Under the pieces are notes generated by a model. It did no database searches, was not told the DNA's origin, and worked only from the letters and a program-made list of their open reading frames with translations. The position numbers were made by a program, and so were the translations under genes. Shown here piece by piece: positions 30,505-40,235 of a stretch of DNA of 64,000 nt (the first letter of the stretch is position 1; every line of letters begins with the position of its first letter). Origin of the DNA: a virus; IMG/VR virus record IMGVR_UViG_3300047089_000244, positions 105,967 to 169,966 of that record; one strand, 5' to 3'.

Positions 30505-31464
30505 CTACGCCTCCAAGGACTCAGACTTGACAGGATCAGTCTGTCCACCGTCACCAAAGGTTTTTGTGTGCGGGGCCATATCTTGGTTGTTACCCGCAAA
30601 ACCAGCATCGTCTAGACCCGTGCCTGTAGGAAGCGTCTCAACAGTCGTAAGCGCATTAATCTCATCCATATCATGCGCGGGTCCTGTAAGATTCTCTTTA
30701 GGCATGATCTCCATCACGTCCTTTTGTACCGTGGGGTGGCGCTCACTTGGTACGTCAATCGGCTTTACGCTTTTCGGCGTCCAGCGCTTCTTATCCATCT
30801 TGGGAGAAGGTCCGGAGAGCCCAGTGTTACCTTTATCGGCTATATGCAGAGACGACTTCTTACCCGGAGGTGTGTGCATATCAGGGTTGATCAACTGAAA
30901 AATGCCATTTGGTCCTATCTTGGCCCTTCCTGCCTGAATCAGTTGACGCTCATGCTCGGTAAGATTATCCTCACCGCTACCACTTGCTGGCTCAATATAT
31001 GCTGCTTGAACTAAAGGGACAGCATCAGCGGTCTTTGCCGCAAACTCAAGTGAATCATCATCATCATCGTCAGAATCATCAGAGTCCTTATCCTTCTTAT
31101 CCTTCTTCTTATCCTTCTTGGACTTTGGCTTCTCTGAATCATCACCGTCGTTATCACTATCGTCATCGTCCTCTAGCCACGGGGGCTTGCCTGCTGTGCG
31201 GTAATGATCGTGGAGTGTAACGATTAAGCTATCTGGGTCATCATGACCAATTTCGTCAGCCGCTACTCGAACGATGCCCGCGAAATCCTCTGCGACTAGA
31301 TCGTAGCGCGCGTCAAATTCCTCAGCGCTCTTAGAAGCAGCAAGGAACTTACCGAGGCGAGCGTCGATGCGATCACGCGAGAGCACGAGGGCCTTACGTG
31401 ATGCCAAACGAGCGTCACTCTGGTCTGATGCGAGTACTTCAAAGATTCCTGCGAACTCAGTCAT
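30505..31464 (-). CDS. Head-region hypothetical protein
   Basis: Between terminase and portal; D/K low-complexity tract. Confidence 0.7.
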   Translation of the reverse strand: MTEFAGIFEVLASDQSDARLASRKALVLSRDRIDARLGKFLAASKSAEEFDARYDLVAEDFAGIVRVAADEIGHDDPDSLIVTLHDHYRTAGKPPWLEDDDDSDNDGDDSEKPKSKKDKKKDKKDKDSDDSDDDDDDSLEFAAKTADAVPLVQAAYIEPASGSGEDNLTEHERQLIQAGRAKIGPNGIFQLINPDMHTPPGKKSSLHIADKGNTGLSGPSPKMDKKRWTPKSVKPIDVPSERHPTVQKDVMEIMPKENLTGPAHDMDEINALTTVETLPTGTGLDDAGFAGNNQDMAPHTKTFGDGGQTDPVKSESLEA

Positions 31465-31472
31465 AAAATCTC

Positions 31473-32480
31473 CTAAAGGAAGAGGCTATCGTCAGGGAGC
31501 TTCTTCGCCTTCTTCTCTTTCTTTGCCGTCTTCTCAGCCTTCTTCTTTGCAGACTTGTTGCGATCCTTCAACTCGTCACGACGTGCCTGCTCAACTTTAG
31601 CCAAGAACTGCTCACGGTATGTGTCTACCGCCTCTCCCTGGTAACCAGCGGTCTTAGAGACAATATGTGAGAGTGCCATCTCGCGTGTGATACCTTGATC
31701 AGCTAGCGCGCCTGTATCGAGTCCGGCAACGAATTGAGCAGGCTCCTCAATCAATATACGGTCGAAATCTTGGCTTGCGCTTTCCGCGATCATGTCGCTG
31801 ACGGTCTCATCGAGCCATGAGCCAGATCCAGGACCAAGATCAGCCTGCTCAACCGCACCCGTCTTGAACGGTGCTGGTGGAGCGAAGGCTTCTGCGTCCG
31901 ATAGCTCTAGGTGAGCCAGTGCGTCACGAACCTCGCGCTTCTCGTGCTCAGCGTTTATCACGATCTCGCTAGCCTTACGCTGCTCCTCGTAAGATGCATG
32001 ACGTTGGAACTCTGTCGCTGCAACAACTAGATTGTCTAGACTGTCGATGCGTGCTGCCAACGACTCCTTAGTGCCCTCAGGGGTCTCATTGAGCGTTCCT
32101 TCGAGATACTCAAGTGCGCTCTCTGGCGCTGCGGCCTCAATTGTCTGATACTCGATATCCTTGTCATTCCCAGCGTGTGCCTCAAGGCGAATAATTCGAT
32201 TGTTCTCTAGACGTACGGTAACAAGCTTCTCACCCCACTGCCCATCATGATGCCCCAGGATTTCTCCTTTGAGTCCACTAGGCGTAACAATATGCGTAGC
32301 ACTTGACTTCTTGTGCTCTATCGCCTTGGCACTACGATCTGAAGATAGGCCCTCAAGATACTCTAGAGCCGACTCCTCGACCTTTGCGAAGACGGTACCC
32401 TGAGCGATAAGCTGATCCTCAAAAAAGGCAAGGACCTGGTTGCCTTCGCGTACAAAAGTGGGTGCGAGTGTAGCCATCAC
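31473..32480 (-). CDS. Head-region hypothetical protein
   Basis: 335-aa ORF after terminase. Confidence 0.7.
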   Translation of the reverse strand: MMATLAPTFVREGNQVLAFFEDQLIAQGTVFAKVEESALEYLEGLSSDRSAKAIEHKKSSATHIVTPSGLKGEILGHHDGQWGEKLVTVRLENNRIIRLEAHAGNDKDIEYQTIEAAAPESALEYLEGTLNETPEGTKESLAARIDSLDNLVVAATEFQRHASYEEQRKASEIVINAEHEKREVRDALAHLELSDAEAFAPPAPFKTGAVEQADLGPGSGSWLDETVSDMIAESASQDFDRILIEEPAQFVAGLDTGALADQGITREMALSHIVSKTAGYQGEAVDTYREQFLAKVEQARRDELKDRNKSAKKKAEKTAKKEKKAKKLPDDSLFL

Positions 32481-32516
32481 CCGTTATGAAGCAGAAGCTA
32501 GACTTTTGTAAGCCCA

Positions 32517-34649
32517 TTACCAACGGGCTCTATTACTTCCACGCCTACCCCGTCCACGTCCTAGTGCTCCACGAGTTGGGCTATTGTACTCCTGTTGTGC
32601 CTTGCGCTCTTTGCTGAAGGTGTAGGTCTCCAAGTTAGGAGGTGCTCCACCAGGTCTTAGACCAGTTCCACTGAAGCCAATTCCATATCCTCCCTCGGCA
32701 CCCCCAAGGACGGCGCTACTGGATAAACGTTCGCGAGTTCTATTGGCGATTCGATTACCGATAAGGGTATTAACACACTCAGCTACACAATCAGCCATAT
32801 CCTTTGTCTGCACAGGCCCAATTTCCTGTCTATCTACGCGCGGGAACTTACTTGTGCCGCCCTGAATCTGAAGGAACTTCAACTCCTGTGAGCACCAGCG
32901 CGTGTCCTCTGTGTCATTTGGAGCGTGCACCAATTTAGCATAGATCGAGGTCTTGCAAACCTCCCAGCGATGCCAGTTGAGTTCTGCCGTCGCGGGCTTG
33001 ATATACACGCGCGTAGGAATATTTCGTTCGTTGAGTTTCTCCGCGAGTTCCTGGACGGGTTGTGTGGACTCATGCTGATCAAAGGTAATCTCGAACGGAA
33101 AGAAGAATTCGGCATATTTCATGACCTCATCGAGAATCGTTGGCCAAACAATAACCCGTCCAGGGAATTTTTTTGGCTCCCATCGCTTAATGAGATCAAA
33201 AATTACATGTTCCTCCTGTGCGCCCTTCCAGTCCTCGATCATCTCTGTATGAGCAATGGCAAATCCGAATCCCGCCGTTGTGCTCGATGGATCTAGATGA
33301 AACTTATAACGGAACATATTCGTGGCGTCCTTACCCGTGTTAGATGAGAATGGCATCAACACTAGTCTTGGAATCTCAGGGTGGTCGCTCTCCTCCTCAT
33401 AAAGCCATTCGGATGGTAAACCTGCAAACATCTCATCGATACGACGCGGTTCCATATACGCATCTGTTACCTCGGCGAATTTGCCACGGTACTCAACCTT
33501 GAATCCCTCGGGATTACCCTGCTCTTCCGCGCGTGCCGTGCGTGAGAGTTGCTTGTCTTTGTCAGTCCATAAGTTCTCACCGTTCTCATCTTTCTCATCT
33601 AGGTCCCAATCAGGCGACGCCATGAGCACAGATTTAAGCTTAGCGCGATTTTTGGCTTTCTGGTAGCCTTCATATAGTGCCCATGAGGGAAATTGAAAGA
33701 TGAGTAGGCGAGGTTCACCATTGCGAGCACTCAAGTCAATACCATCCTCCAGAAGTGGTGCGGGCTCATCGACAGGACTAGTGGAATCAAACGGAAGGAG
33801 ACCCTCAACGTACTTTTCATAGAAGAGCCCGATCTTGGTATATGGAGAACTGTTAAGGAACGCCAATCCATCAACACCAAACTGTCCGAGAGATGGGTTC
33901 GCGGCTTCGTAAATCTTGTTTGGTGAGGACTTAGACTCACCGGGGAGCATGTGCGCGATCTCGTCAATACAATAGGCCATCATGGCGAGTCCACGAATCG
34001 TTCCCGAGTTAGCCGCCATGGCGTTACCGCGCAAGCGTGCAATATCTTTCTGAATACGGTTGCCGCGACTTTTCTCCTGCGAGATGCGCTGAAGATCAAT
34101 ATTAGTCGCTACGCGGATTTCTGTCTCCAGAGACTTTACGATATACGGATCGAACGCCTTGCACGTCTCAATAGTAGAAGAGAAATCAGCATATTGTCGC
34201 CCCTGAGACTGTTCCTGAGAACCAGCAATGCAGGAGAAATAGATTTCCTTCTCAGGCGCGATCCCATAATGCGCGCCCGGATCTTGAAGCTGAAGCGTAG
34301 ACCACATGACCTTGCCCATTGCTAGTCCGGTGCAGAATCCCTTGGAGCTACGACGACCACCAACCAGGGCGATCTCACGGAAGTGTGGATAGCCAGCATC
34401 GCGGAGCCATTGTACGCGCTCGCGTACATTAGGGGAGATAGTGATCTCCGTGCCGTTACGACCACCCGCAATCCAGTATGAGAGGATGTCCTCCTCTGGG
34501 CCGGTAAGCTCCTCCAAGAACATCGTCTTGAGCAATACCGCCTGCGCCGGATAGAGATTTTTACCGCAGTAATCCGATGATTCCGCAAACTCTTGAATGC
34601 CCGTATCTTTCGGAGCAAGCTGATTAAGCGCTTGCGCTAGCAGATCCAT
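32517..34649 (-). CDS. terL: Terminase large subunit
   Basis: Walker A-like GGRRSSKG, Walker B AYCIDE, coupling motif SSP, nuclease HLDPS...TFDQ...KDMAD. Confidence 0.85.
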   Translation of the reverse strand: MDLLAQALNQLAPKDTGIQEFAESSDYCGKNLYPAQAVLLKTMFLEELTGPEEDILSYWIAGGRNGTEITISPNVRERVQWLRDAGYPHFREIALVGGRRSSKGFCTGLAMGKVMWSTLQLQDPGAHYGIAPEKEIYFSCIAGSQEQSQGRQYADFSSTIETCKAFDPYIVKSLETEIRVATNIDLQRISQEKSRGNRIQKDIARLRGNAMAANSGTIRGLAMMAYCIDEIAHMLPGESKSSPNKIYEAANPSLGQFGVDGLAFLNSSPYTKIGLFYEKYVEGLLPFDSTSPVDEPAPLLEDGIDLSARNGEPRLLIFQFPSWALYEGYQKAKNRAKLKSVLMASPDWDLDEKDENGENLWTDKDKQLSRTARAEEQGNPEGFKVEYRGKFAEVTDAYMEPRRIDEMFAGLPSEWLYEEESDHPEIPRLVLMPFSSNTGKDATNMFRYKFHLDPSSTTAGFGFAIAHTEMIEDWKGAQEEHVIFDLIKRWEPKKFPGRVIVWPTILDEVMKYAEFFFPFEITFDQHESTQPVQELAEKLNERNIPTRVYIKPATAELNWHRWEVCKTSIYAKLVHAPNDTEDTRWCSQELKFLQIQGGTSKFPRVDRQEIGPVQTKDMADCVAECVNTLIGNRIANRTRERLSSSAVLGGAEGGYGIGFSGTGLRPGGAPPNLETYTFSKERKAQQEYNSPTRGALGRGRGRRGSNRARW

Positions 34650-35105
34650 CTACTTCTTCTTCCTATGTTTCCCCTTTTGCCCGTAGTAGTCCTCGTCGCG
34701 TTCGGTTGCGTGCTGGACCTCCCACGTCTTCTTCTCATGATCAAAACCATGCTTGGCAACGGAGTGCGATGGTAGAGCACCTGCGAACTCCACGATCGGA
34801 GGTTCACCCTCAAAAACAGGCGTGGCATCCACGGTGGCGAAAACATGTAGCGTGGTGGCAAGTTCGTACTTCAACTCCTCTTCGAATTCATCGAGGGCCT
34901 CTAGCGCCTCCTCAGGAGTGAAAATGCTATGGGGTCCAAATCGACTAAGGAATTTTCTGTGCCACTTATTACTGATGCGCACGGTCATCTCGAAGGCGCG
35001 CTTAATTTCATCATCAGTAAGCTCCTGTGTGAGTACGTCAGAGAACTCCTTGGCGGAAGAGACAATGCCGTCATCGACGGGTAGTTGCGGTGAAGTTGCA
35101 GACAT
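34650..35105 (-). CDS. Hypothetical protein immediately upstream of terL
   Basis: Abuts terL start. Confidence 0.65.
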   Translation of the reverse strand: MSATSPQLPVDDGIVSSAKEFSDVLTQELTDDEIKRAFEMTVRISNKWHRKFLSRFGPHSIFTPEEALEALDEFEEELKYELATTLHVFATVDATPVFEGEPPIVEFAGALPSHSVAKHGFDHEKKTWEVQHATERDEDYYGQKGKHRKKK

Positions 35106-35169
35106 TTCACCAATTATAGCAAACGGAGTGTCCTGTTACAGACACTCCGTTTGACAATTGCGATTTAGA

Positions 35170-35751
35170 TTAGGCGAATTGGCGCTCGTCTACAATGACC
35201 GGAGGGGCCGTGTTTTTGTTTTTGCTCGTCACTTGATAGAGCAAGTACGTACCCGCCGCCAATGCCGGAGCTACTGATTTGCCCACAACAGCTTCTACAC
35301 CTTCGACCGCAGTAATGACGCCGGTAGTCTCTGAGACGACAACGTTATCGGTGCGCTCTTTTGTGGTCGCTGGTTCTTTCAATGTTACGGTTGTCGCTGC
35401 CGACTGGATATGTTTACCAGTGCTGCGCTGTATCAATTCACCAAGAGCAACTATGACTTCAGTTTCTTCTTCTTTACCGCCTTTAGCTTTTGTCTCAGTG
35501 TATCCATTTTTTACAACCCAATCGGAGTTACTACCTGTAATCGGGCCAACAACAATAACTGCGCCAATGGCCAAATGGTTCTGAAGCTCCTTAAAAGGGG
35601 AATATGGGAGCGTGCTGCCTGCTTTGATGCCGCCTGATTCAACCTGCGAAGCTAGATCGACATATGTGGTCGTTCCAGTCTTGACAGTCTGTTTGCCGAT
35701 TCGTACGGACTGTGAGCGAGAAATCGCTCGGATGGGAAGGAATGGTGCCAT
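35170..35751 (-). CDS. Putative virion structural protein
   Basis: Beta-rich T/V composition; tail-gene context. Confidence 0.55.
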   Translation of the reverse strand: MAPFLPIRAISRSQSVRIGKQTVKTGTTTYVDLASQVESGGIKAGSTLPYSPFKELQNHLAIGAVIVVGPITGSNSDWVVKNGYTETKAKGGKEEETEVIVALGELIQRSTGKHIQSAATTVTLKEPATTKERTDNVVVSETTGVITAVEGVEAVVGKSVAPALAAGTYLLYQVTSKNKNTAPPVIVDERQFA

Positions 35752-35870
35752 GATATTTGAGGCTCTTTCGTGTAGTGATTCGTTGTGGTCCTAATAACGC
35801 CGCCTACTTCCTTATCAAGGGTTCGGAGACTTCGGTATCCATCTATTCACCAACGGCGACCATCCGTTTT

Positions 35871-36887
35871 CTAGCGCACGCGCATAATAAAACAAAGACC
35901 CACGAAAGGCGGAGTCACGGAAACACCAGAGAGTTGAGTGTCCGTCGCTATAGAACCAGAGAGAGAGCTTCCCCCTGTCGAATAGGCTGCGCTCAAACCT
36001 GTGCTACCACCATGATTGTGTTCCCCGCCTTGATCCATGGAAGCGCTGGCAGATTCGCCACCTTCATTGAATTCCTGCAAATAAGCAGATTGCAAAGTAG
36101 CCGTATGTCCTTCGAGCGTTAAATGGTTGACAAACGCATTGCGTCGAGACCCAAGTTGAAAACCACCTTCAAATGTGTGATGGTGTTTACCATCCATAGC
36201 TATACCGTGATTATGAGCGCCAATGGTATGCGAATGTTCAAGCGAGACGGCCGTGACAGCATGGTGGTGCGTCAGGTCAACCGAGGAAGACCCTCCCACT
36301 TCACCCGTGTGAGTCAAATCGGTACCGCGCACAAAGCGTTCACGTAAATCCGGAATGAATCCTGAGCTAAGTCCTAGAGCATTAGGAATAGCGGACCAGG
36401 CGGTACCATCACAAACATGCCAGAGATTACCTGGTTCAGCACCAGATGAGTATTTGAACCAGAGAATAACACTTCCAAGAGTGAGAATGTTCGGGTCCAA
36501 CTTGTCGATCGTGATTGTTTCCTGCTTAATCGTTCTGTCATCAACGGCTTCCTCATCAATATGCTTGTTCAGAACGCTCTCTTCAGCGATATTTTCCGAT
36601 ATAACACCTTCAATATCTATCTGTTTAGATCCGACTGCGCGTTGCTTGAGTAAGTAGCGCTTGATTGCACTCGGTTCGATGGCCGAAGTCTGGATCGCGA
36701 GTCCGAGCCCCAGATTAGTCCAATGACCAGCACCAGGAAGTTCGTCGTGTGCATTGAGCGCTTCAGAAAGTCCACCTAAGTGGCTATGAGCATCGATGCG
36801 AACGAAATTATTCGCCAATTGCGAGTGTTCAAAGTCATCTTCCTCACTGTCCCAAACAGTGAGCCCAAGGTTAGCTGTCGTTATCAT
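35871..36887 (-). CDS. Tail fibre-like protein
   Basis: Collar-like WHVCDG...PDLRERFVRG; HxH repeats. Confidence 0.75.
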   Translation of the reverse strand: MITTANLGLTVWDSEEDDFEHSQLANNFVRIDAHSHLGGLSEALNAHDELPGAGHWTNLGLGLAIQTSAIEPSAIKRYLLKQRAVGSKQIDIEGVISENIAEESVLNKHIDEEAVDDRTIKQETITIDKLDPNILTLGSVILWFKYSSGAEPGNLWHVCDGTAWSAIPNALGLSSGFIPDLRERFVRGTDLTHTGEVGGSSSVDLTHHHAVTAVSLEHSHTIGAHNHGIAMDGKHHHTFEGGFQLGSRRNAFVNHLTLEGHTATLQSAYLQEFNEGGESASASMDQGGEHNHGGSTGLSAAYSTGGSSLSGSIATDTQLSGVSVTPPFVGLCFIMRVR

Positions 36888-37435
36888 GCGACTCTCCAGA
36901 TTGAGATGCGCCCATTAGTGAATGTGCACGAATGGCCTGAGCCATGACATCCCACTGTAAGAGTATCTTTTTCTTTCAGTTCTGCGCGCGCAAAATTCGT
37001 CGTGGTGACCGCTGCTTCTTTGGTAGATGACGCCCAATTGAAGAGCGTCAAGGTAGGAGTACCATTAACACGCACGAGACCTGTTAGGGCCGTATGTTCG
37101 TTAACATTTACCGCGCCTGTCAGTAAAAGACCAATTTCATATTTCCCCGTTGCAGACACTTCGAGTGATGGGCCGCCTGCTAGAGTTTTTTCTTCGGCGG
37201 CTGCAATCGTAAGTTCGCCACCTGTAGCGCTAACTTCAGGGAAAATTGAAGAGGCAATCAATGGGAAATTGATGGCTTCGGAAGCAATTCCCTCCGTGGG
37301 AATTAGAACGCCGCGCCCTGGCGAATGGTCGTGGGCATCCACCTTAGCCCAGTTATCCGCTAACTGTTCGTGATCGTAGGGGTCAAGGAGTAGGTTCCAG
37401 ATCCTAAGCCCCATCTTTGCTGAAGTACGCATCAC
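36884..37435 (-). CDS. Minor tail protein
   Basis: N-terminus paralogous to 35871-36887 (GL..W....D...H.QLA.N...DAH.H). Confidence 0.6.
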   Translation of the reverse strand: MMRTSAKMGLRIWNLLLDPYDHEQLADNWAKVDAHDHSPGRGVLIPTEGIASEAINFPLIASSIFPEVSATGGELTIAAAEEKTLAGGPSLEVSATGKYEIGLLLTGAVNVNEHTALTGLVRVNGTPTLTLFNWASSTKEAAVTTTNFARAELKEKDTLTVGCHGSGHSCTFTNGRISIWRVA

Positions 37436-37460
37436 TCATTATACGACCGAACGAAGCTAT

Positions 37461-37487
37461 GAAAAAGACCCACCAAAAGGCGGGTCT
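37461..37487 (-). terminator. Intrinsic terminator
   Basis: AAGACCCGCC-TTTT-GGTGGGTCTT followed by TTT. Confidence 0.65.
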
Positions 37488-37514
37488 TGATCAAACTTAC
37501 TTGGATTCCGTTGA

Positions 37515-37742
37515 CTATGCTCCAGTGATCTTCTCAACCACTGCCGCAACGGTACCGACCGCAGCAACGATAGCTACTAGCGTAGGGCTAGTAATTCCGG
37601 TGCCCGGAACCAACGTAATGATGAAAGCTGCAACCGCAGCAGCCGTAACAGGGTTCTCCAGTTTTATGAGGTCCGCAAAGACTTCATGTAGAGAGATCCC
37701 TACCTTAGCAACGGTGCTCTTTCCTGCTAGATCTGTCCTCAT
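37515..37742 (-). CDS. Holin-like membrane protein
   Basis: Two TM helices directly after the lysin. Confidence 0.6.
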   Translation of the reverse strand: MRTDLAGKSTVAKVGISLHEVFADLIKLENPVTAAAVAAFIITLVPGTGITSPTLVAIVAAVGTVAAVVEKITGA

Positions 37743-37799
37743 GTGTTCCTTTCCTATCGATAGAAATACTACTACTCTACAAAGTATAGCACGAGGTTG

Positions 37800-38510
37800 C
37801 TATTTTGATCGTTTCTGAAGCTGTTCATAGCGGTAAAGACGATTCTCGATCTTCCAGCCGCTTTTCTTTGCCAAGTTTGTGATCAATTTGCGACGGCGAA
37901 GCATCTGCGCTCGCAAGAATAGGCGACGTAGATGCGCGGCAAGTGTCTTGCGCGCAACAATACGATCCCACTCGATGCACCAATTGTGCTCATCTGATGG
38001 CTGCCATGTATTTGGCTTAGGAGGCGTTGTAGTGAAGAAGTCGTCATCGAGAAGGCTGACATCGAGATTTTTACTCAATGCTTTGTCATAGTACTGAGTG
38101 CCGTCAGCAACCGTAGAAATACCCTCAGATGGACCACAAAGATGGGGGCGTCCTGTGTAATGGGCTGACCACAACCGATACTGGTGACGCTGAATGTTAT
38201 GGCGCTCAAGTTCTGCAACAAGGGCATCGACATTACTCAGACTCGTATAGAAGCCGGGGAGCTTGACCCCACGCTTGATCTGACGCACAAACCATGCTGG
38301 AGCGTCTGCAACAGTCGCGTCGCCGTTCTCGATATCGAGGATATCTGCATCCTCGCCAGAGTTAACAGCAATCGAGAGATGATGAGCCTTAGGCCATTTC
38401 TTAACATCCTCGTTATAGTTAGGCCAAGCTCCACCAACATACCCTGCGACCGCCTGTGCATTAGAAGGGATCTGACTGAGGTCGGTGCTGTCATACATGG
38501 TTATAGCCAT
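37800..38510 (-). CDS. Endolysin, GH25-like glycoside hydrolase with basic C-terminal tail
   Basis: MYDS, AGYV, LDIENGD, FYTS, LWSAHY, QY, LDVS. Confidence 0.75.
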   Translation of the reverse strand: MAITMYDSTDLSQIPSNAQAVAGYVGGAWPNYNEDVKKWPKAHHLSIAVNSGEDADILDIENGDATVADAPAWFVRQIKRGVKLPGFYTSLSNVDALVAELERHNIQRHQYRLWSAHYTGRPHLCGPSEGISTVADGTQYYDKALSKNLDVSLLDDDFFTTTPPKPNTWQPSDEHNWCIEWDRIVARKTLAAHLRRLFLRAQMLRRRKLITNLAKKSGWKIENRLYRYEQLQKRSK

Positions 38511-38703
38511 AACTATTTATCCTTCCCTAATGAGCGTACCTTATGGCAGCGCGAACAGATAAGGAACCAGTCGCCATGATATGCCTCAAAGGCTTCCCAT
38601 GAGTGACGTTTGAGGATCTTGCATACGAGTGCAAACATTTGGCGGGTTCAGTCTCCATAATTGTTCACTCATTAGGGACCCGATCTCGCAAATAACCCAT
38701 ACT

Positions 38704-39150
38704 TTAATCCTCAATTGGCTCAAGACGAATACCGCCGACTAACGCATCGAACTCTTTACATCGACGGACAACGTAATGCAGAAGGTCATTGCAATTAGCG
38801 CTTCCTACTTCTATCTCCACGAGTTCCCCACGATAGTGGCCACATGCCTTATATTTGCTTCCCCGTATGTAAATCGTCAGATCAGGGATCGATAATCCCA
38901 GACAATATAAAAGCTGTTCAAAATCCAAAGCCTTAACCGATTGCTCGGCTGCCGCCGGAACTCGTAAATCGACTGCTATTGGCTTACGCCCAACAACGTA
39001 TGCATCATCAGTGCTCACGAGGAAACCGTTTTGAATCGGAGCGACTTCGTATTGGCCTCCGGATGGAATCGGGAAATGCTCCGAATGGTGGCGCTTGTGC
39101 TTATGGTGGCTCATCATCCTCATCCTTTCAGGGTAGAGATCGATTATCAC
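38704..39150 (-). CDS. Hypothetical protein
   Basis: ORF; start uncertain. Confidence 0.5.
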   Translation of the reverse strand: MIIDLYPERMRMMSHHKHKRHHSEHFPIPSGGQYEVAPIQNGFLVSTDDAYVVGRKPIAVDLRVPAAAEQSVKALDFEQLLYCLGLSIPDLTIYIRGSKYKACGHYRGELVEIEVGSANCNDLLHYVVRRCKEFDALVGGIRLEPIED

Positions 39151-39197
39151 CTATTCTCTACCAGGATGATCCTGGATTATCGCGCCCGTAAGTAAAG

Positions 39198-39266
39198 TCG
39201 CTCGTGCAGGAATCGAACCTGCGCCTGAAGATTATGATTCTCCTTGGCACCCATAGCCTACGAGCG
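39198..39266 (-). tRNA. tRNA-Met/Ile2 (CAT), reduced D-arm
   Basis: CGCTCGT/ACGAGCG acceptor; loop ATCATAA; TTCGATT. Confidence 0.65.
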
Positions 39267-39412
39267 TGGATTTCACCTACCGCTTGCACGGATCATCGGC
39301 TACTCAATGTAACACGCCGTCTACGTACTCCCTAATCCGGGGTGCGGTACGTAGCAAGGACAACGTGAGTTAGGTTCGATCCTCCGCTGTCGCAAAGCGG
39401 TACGTAACCATA

Positions 39413-39484
39413 AGCGTATAGCCGGGCTCGAACCGGCGACCCAAGCTTGGAAGGCTTGTGTGTTACCAACTACACTATACACGC
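39413..39484 (-). tRNA. tRNA-Gly (TCC)
   Basis: Full cloverleaf. Confidence 0.9.
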
Positions 39485-39489
39485 ATAAA

Positions 39490-39936
39490 CTACTTACGCA
39501 AGAAAAACTTGTGCCTTTTAGACCCTCTGTAACCCGTATCTGGGAGACCACCAGGGGTCATTTTCATCTCAGGATTTTTCTCTCGGTAGAGTTTGAACTC
39601 CTGAAACGTCGCTGCCGTGTGAGGATCGTCGCGATCTACAACCTCGACGCCAAGCGCTGTGACTGAGTGAGGGCGGATCTCCGTGTGACCCTCATCGATG
39701 ATGAGCTTCGTCTTGAAGCCTCGCTCCTCGATATAGTGCTTGATTACCATCAGGTGCATGTCATCCTCTGCCAGCATCACGAGCTTGCAGTAGTGACCGC
39801 CCTTGTACCAATCTGCAAGCAGATTGGGGTCGCTGATCCGGTACGCCTCGACGGCTGCATGCTGCCCCTGAGCAGTCATCTTGCCCGAGGTCATTCCGAG
39901 ACTTCTATTGATGAAGCTATACATGGCTGTTCGCAT
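39490..39936 (-). CDS. pth2: Peptidyl-tRNA hydrolase, Pth2 type
   Basis: M..GK..AQ..HA, KLV, IDEGHTEI...S.TALG; ATG 6 nt after TGATAGACT. Confidence 0.9.
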   Translation of the reverse strand: MRTAMYSFINRSLGMTSGKMTAQGQHAAVEAYRISDPNLLADWYKGGHYCKLVMLAEDDMHLMVIKHYIEERGFKTKLIIDEGHTEIRPHSVTALGVEVVDRDDPHTAATFQEFKLYREKNPEMKMTPGGLPDTGYRGSKRHKFFLRK

Positions 39937-40157
39937 GCACATAGTCTATCACAGAGGCTTGCGCGGTGGGAACACTTCGGACTTTGGTCCTACTGACCGC
40001 AGTCTCACTCGCGTTCACCGCGCAAGCTGTCTCCGAGCAGGGTCTCCGCTGAACGAACGTAGTGTATCACAAGTGCGCCCGCCCAGTTTGACCCAGACGC
40101 GCGCATGAGGACCCGAGGTCACCCAGCCGAACTGAATATGCCCGAAGCTAAGGTCCA

Positions 40158-40229
40158 AGCCTACACTCAGAATCGAACTGAGTTCTCTAGTTTACAAGAC
40201 TAGCGCGTCACCACTTACGCTTTGCAGGC
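40158..40229 (-). tRNA. tRNA-Thr (TGT)
   Basis: Full cloverleaf. Confidence 0.9.
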
Positions 40230-40235
40230 ACATCA

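Noticed and set aside
39957-40027. Hammerhead ribozyme
   Set aside because: Stem followed by GAAG resembles stem II, but the CUGANGA core is absent
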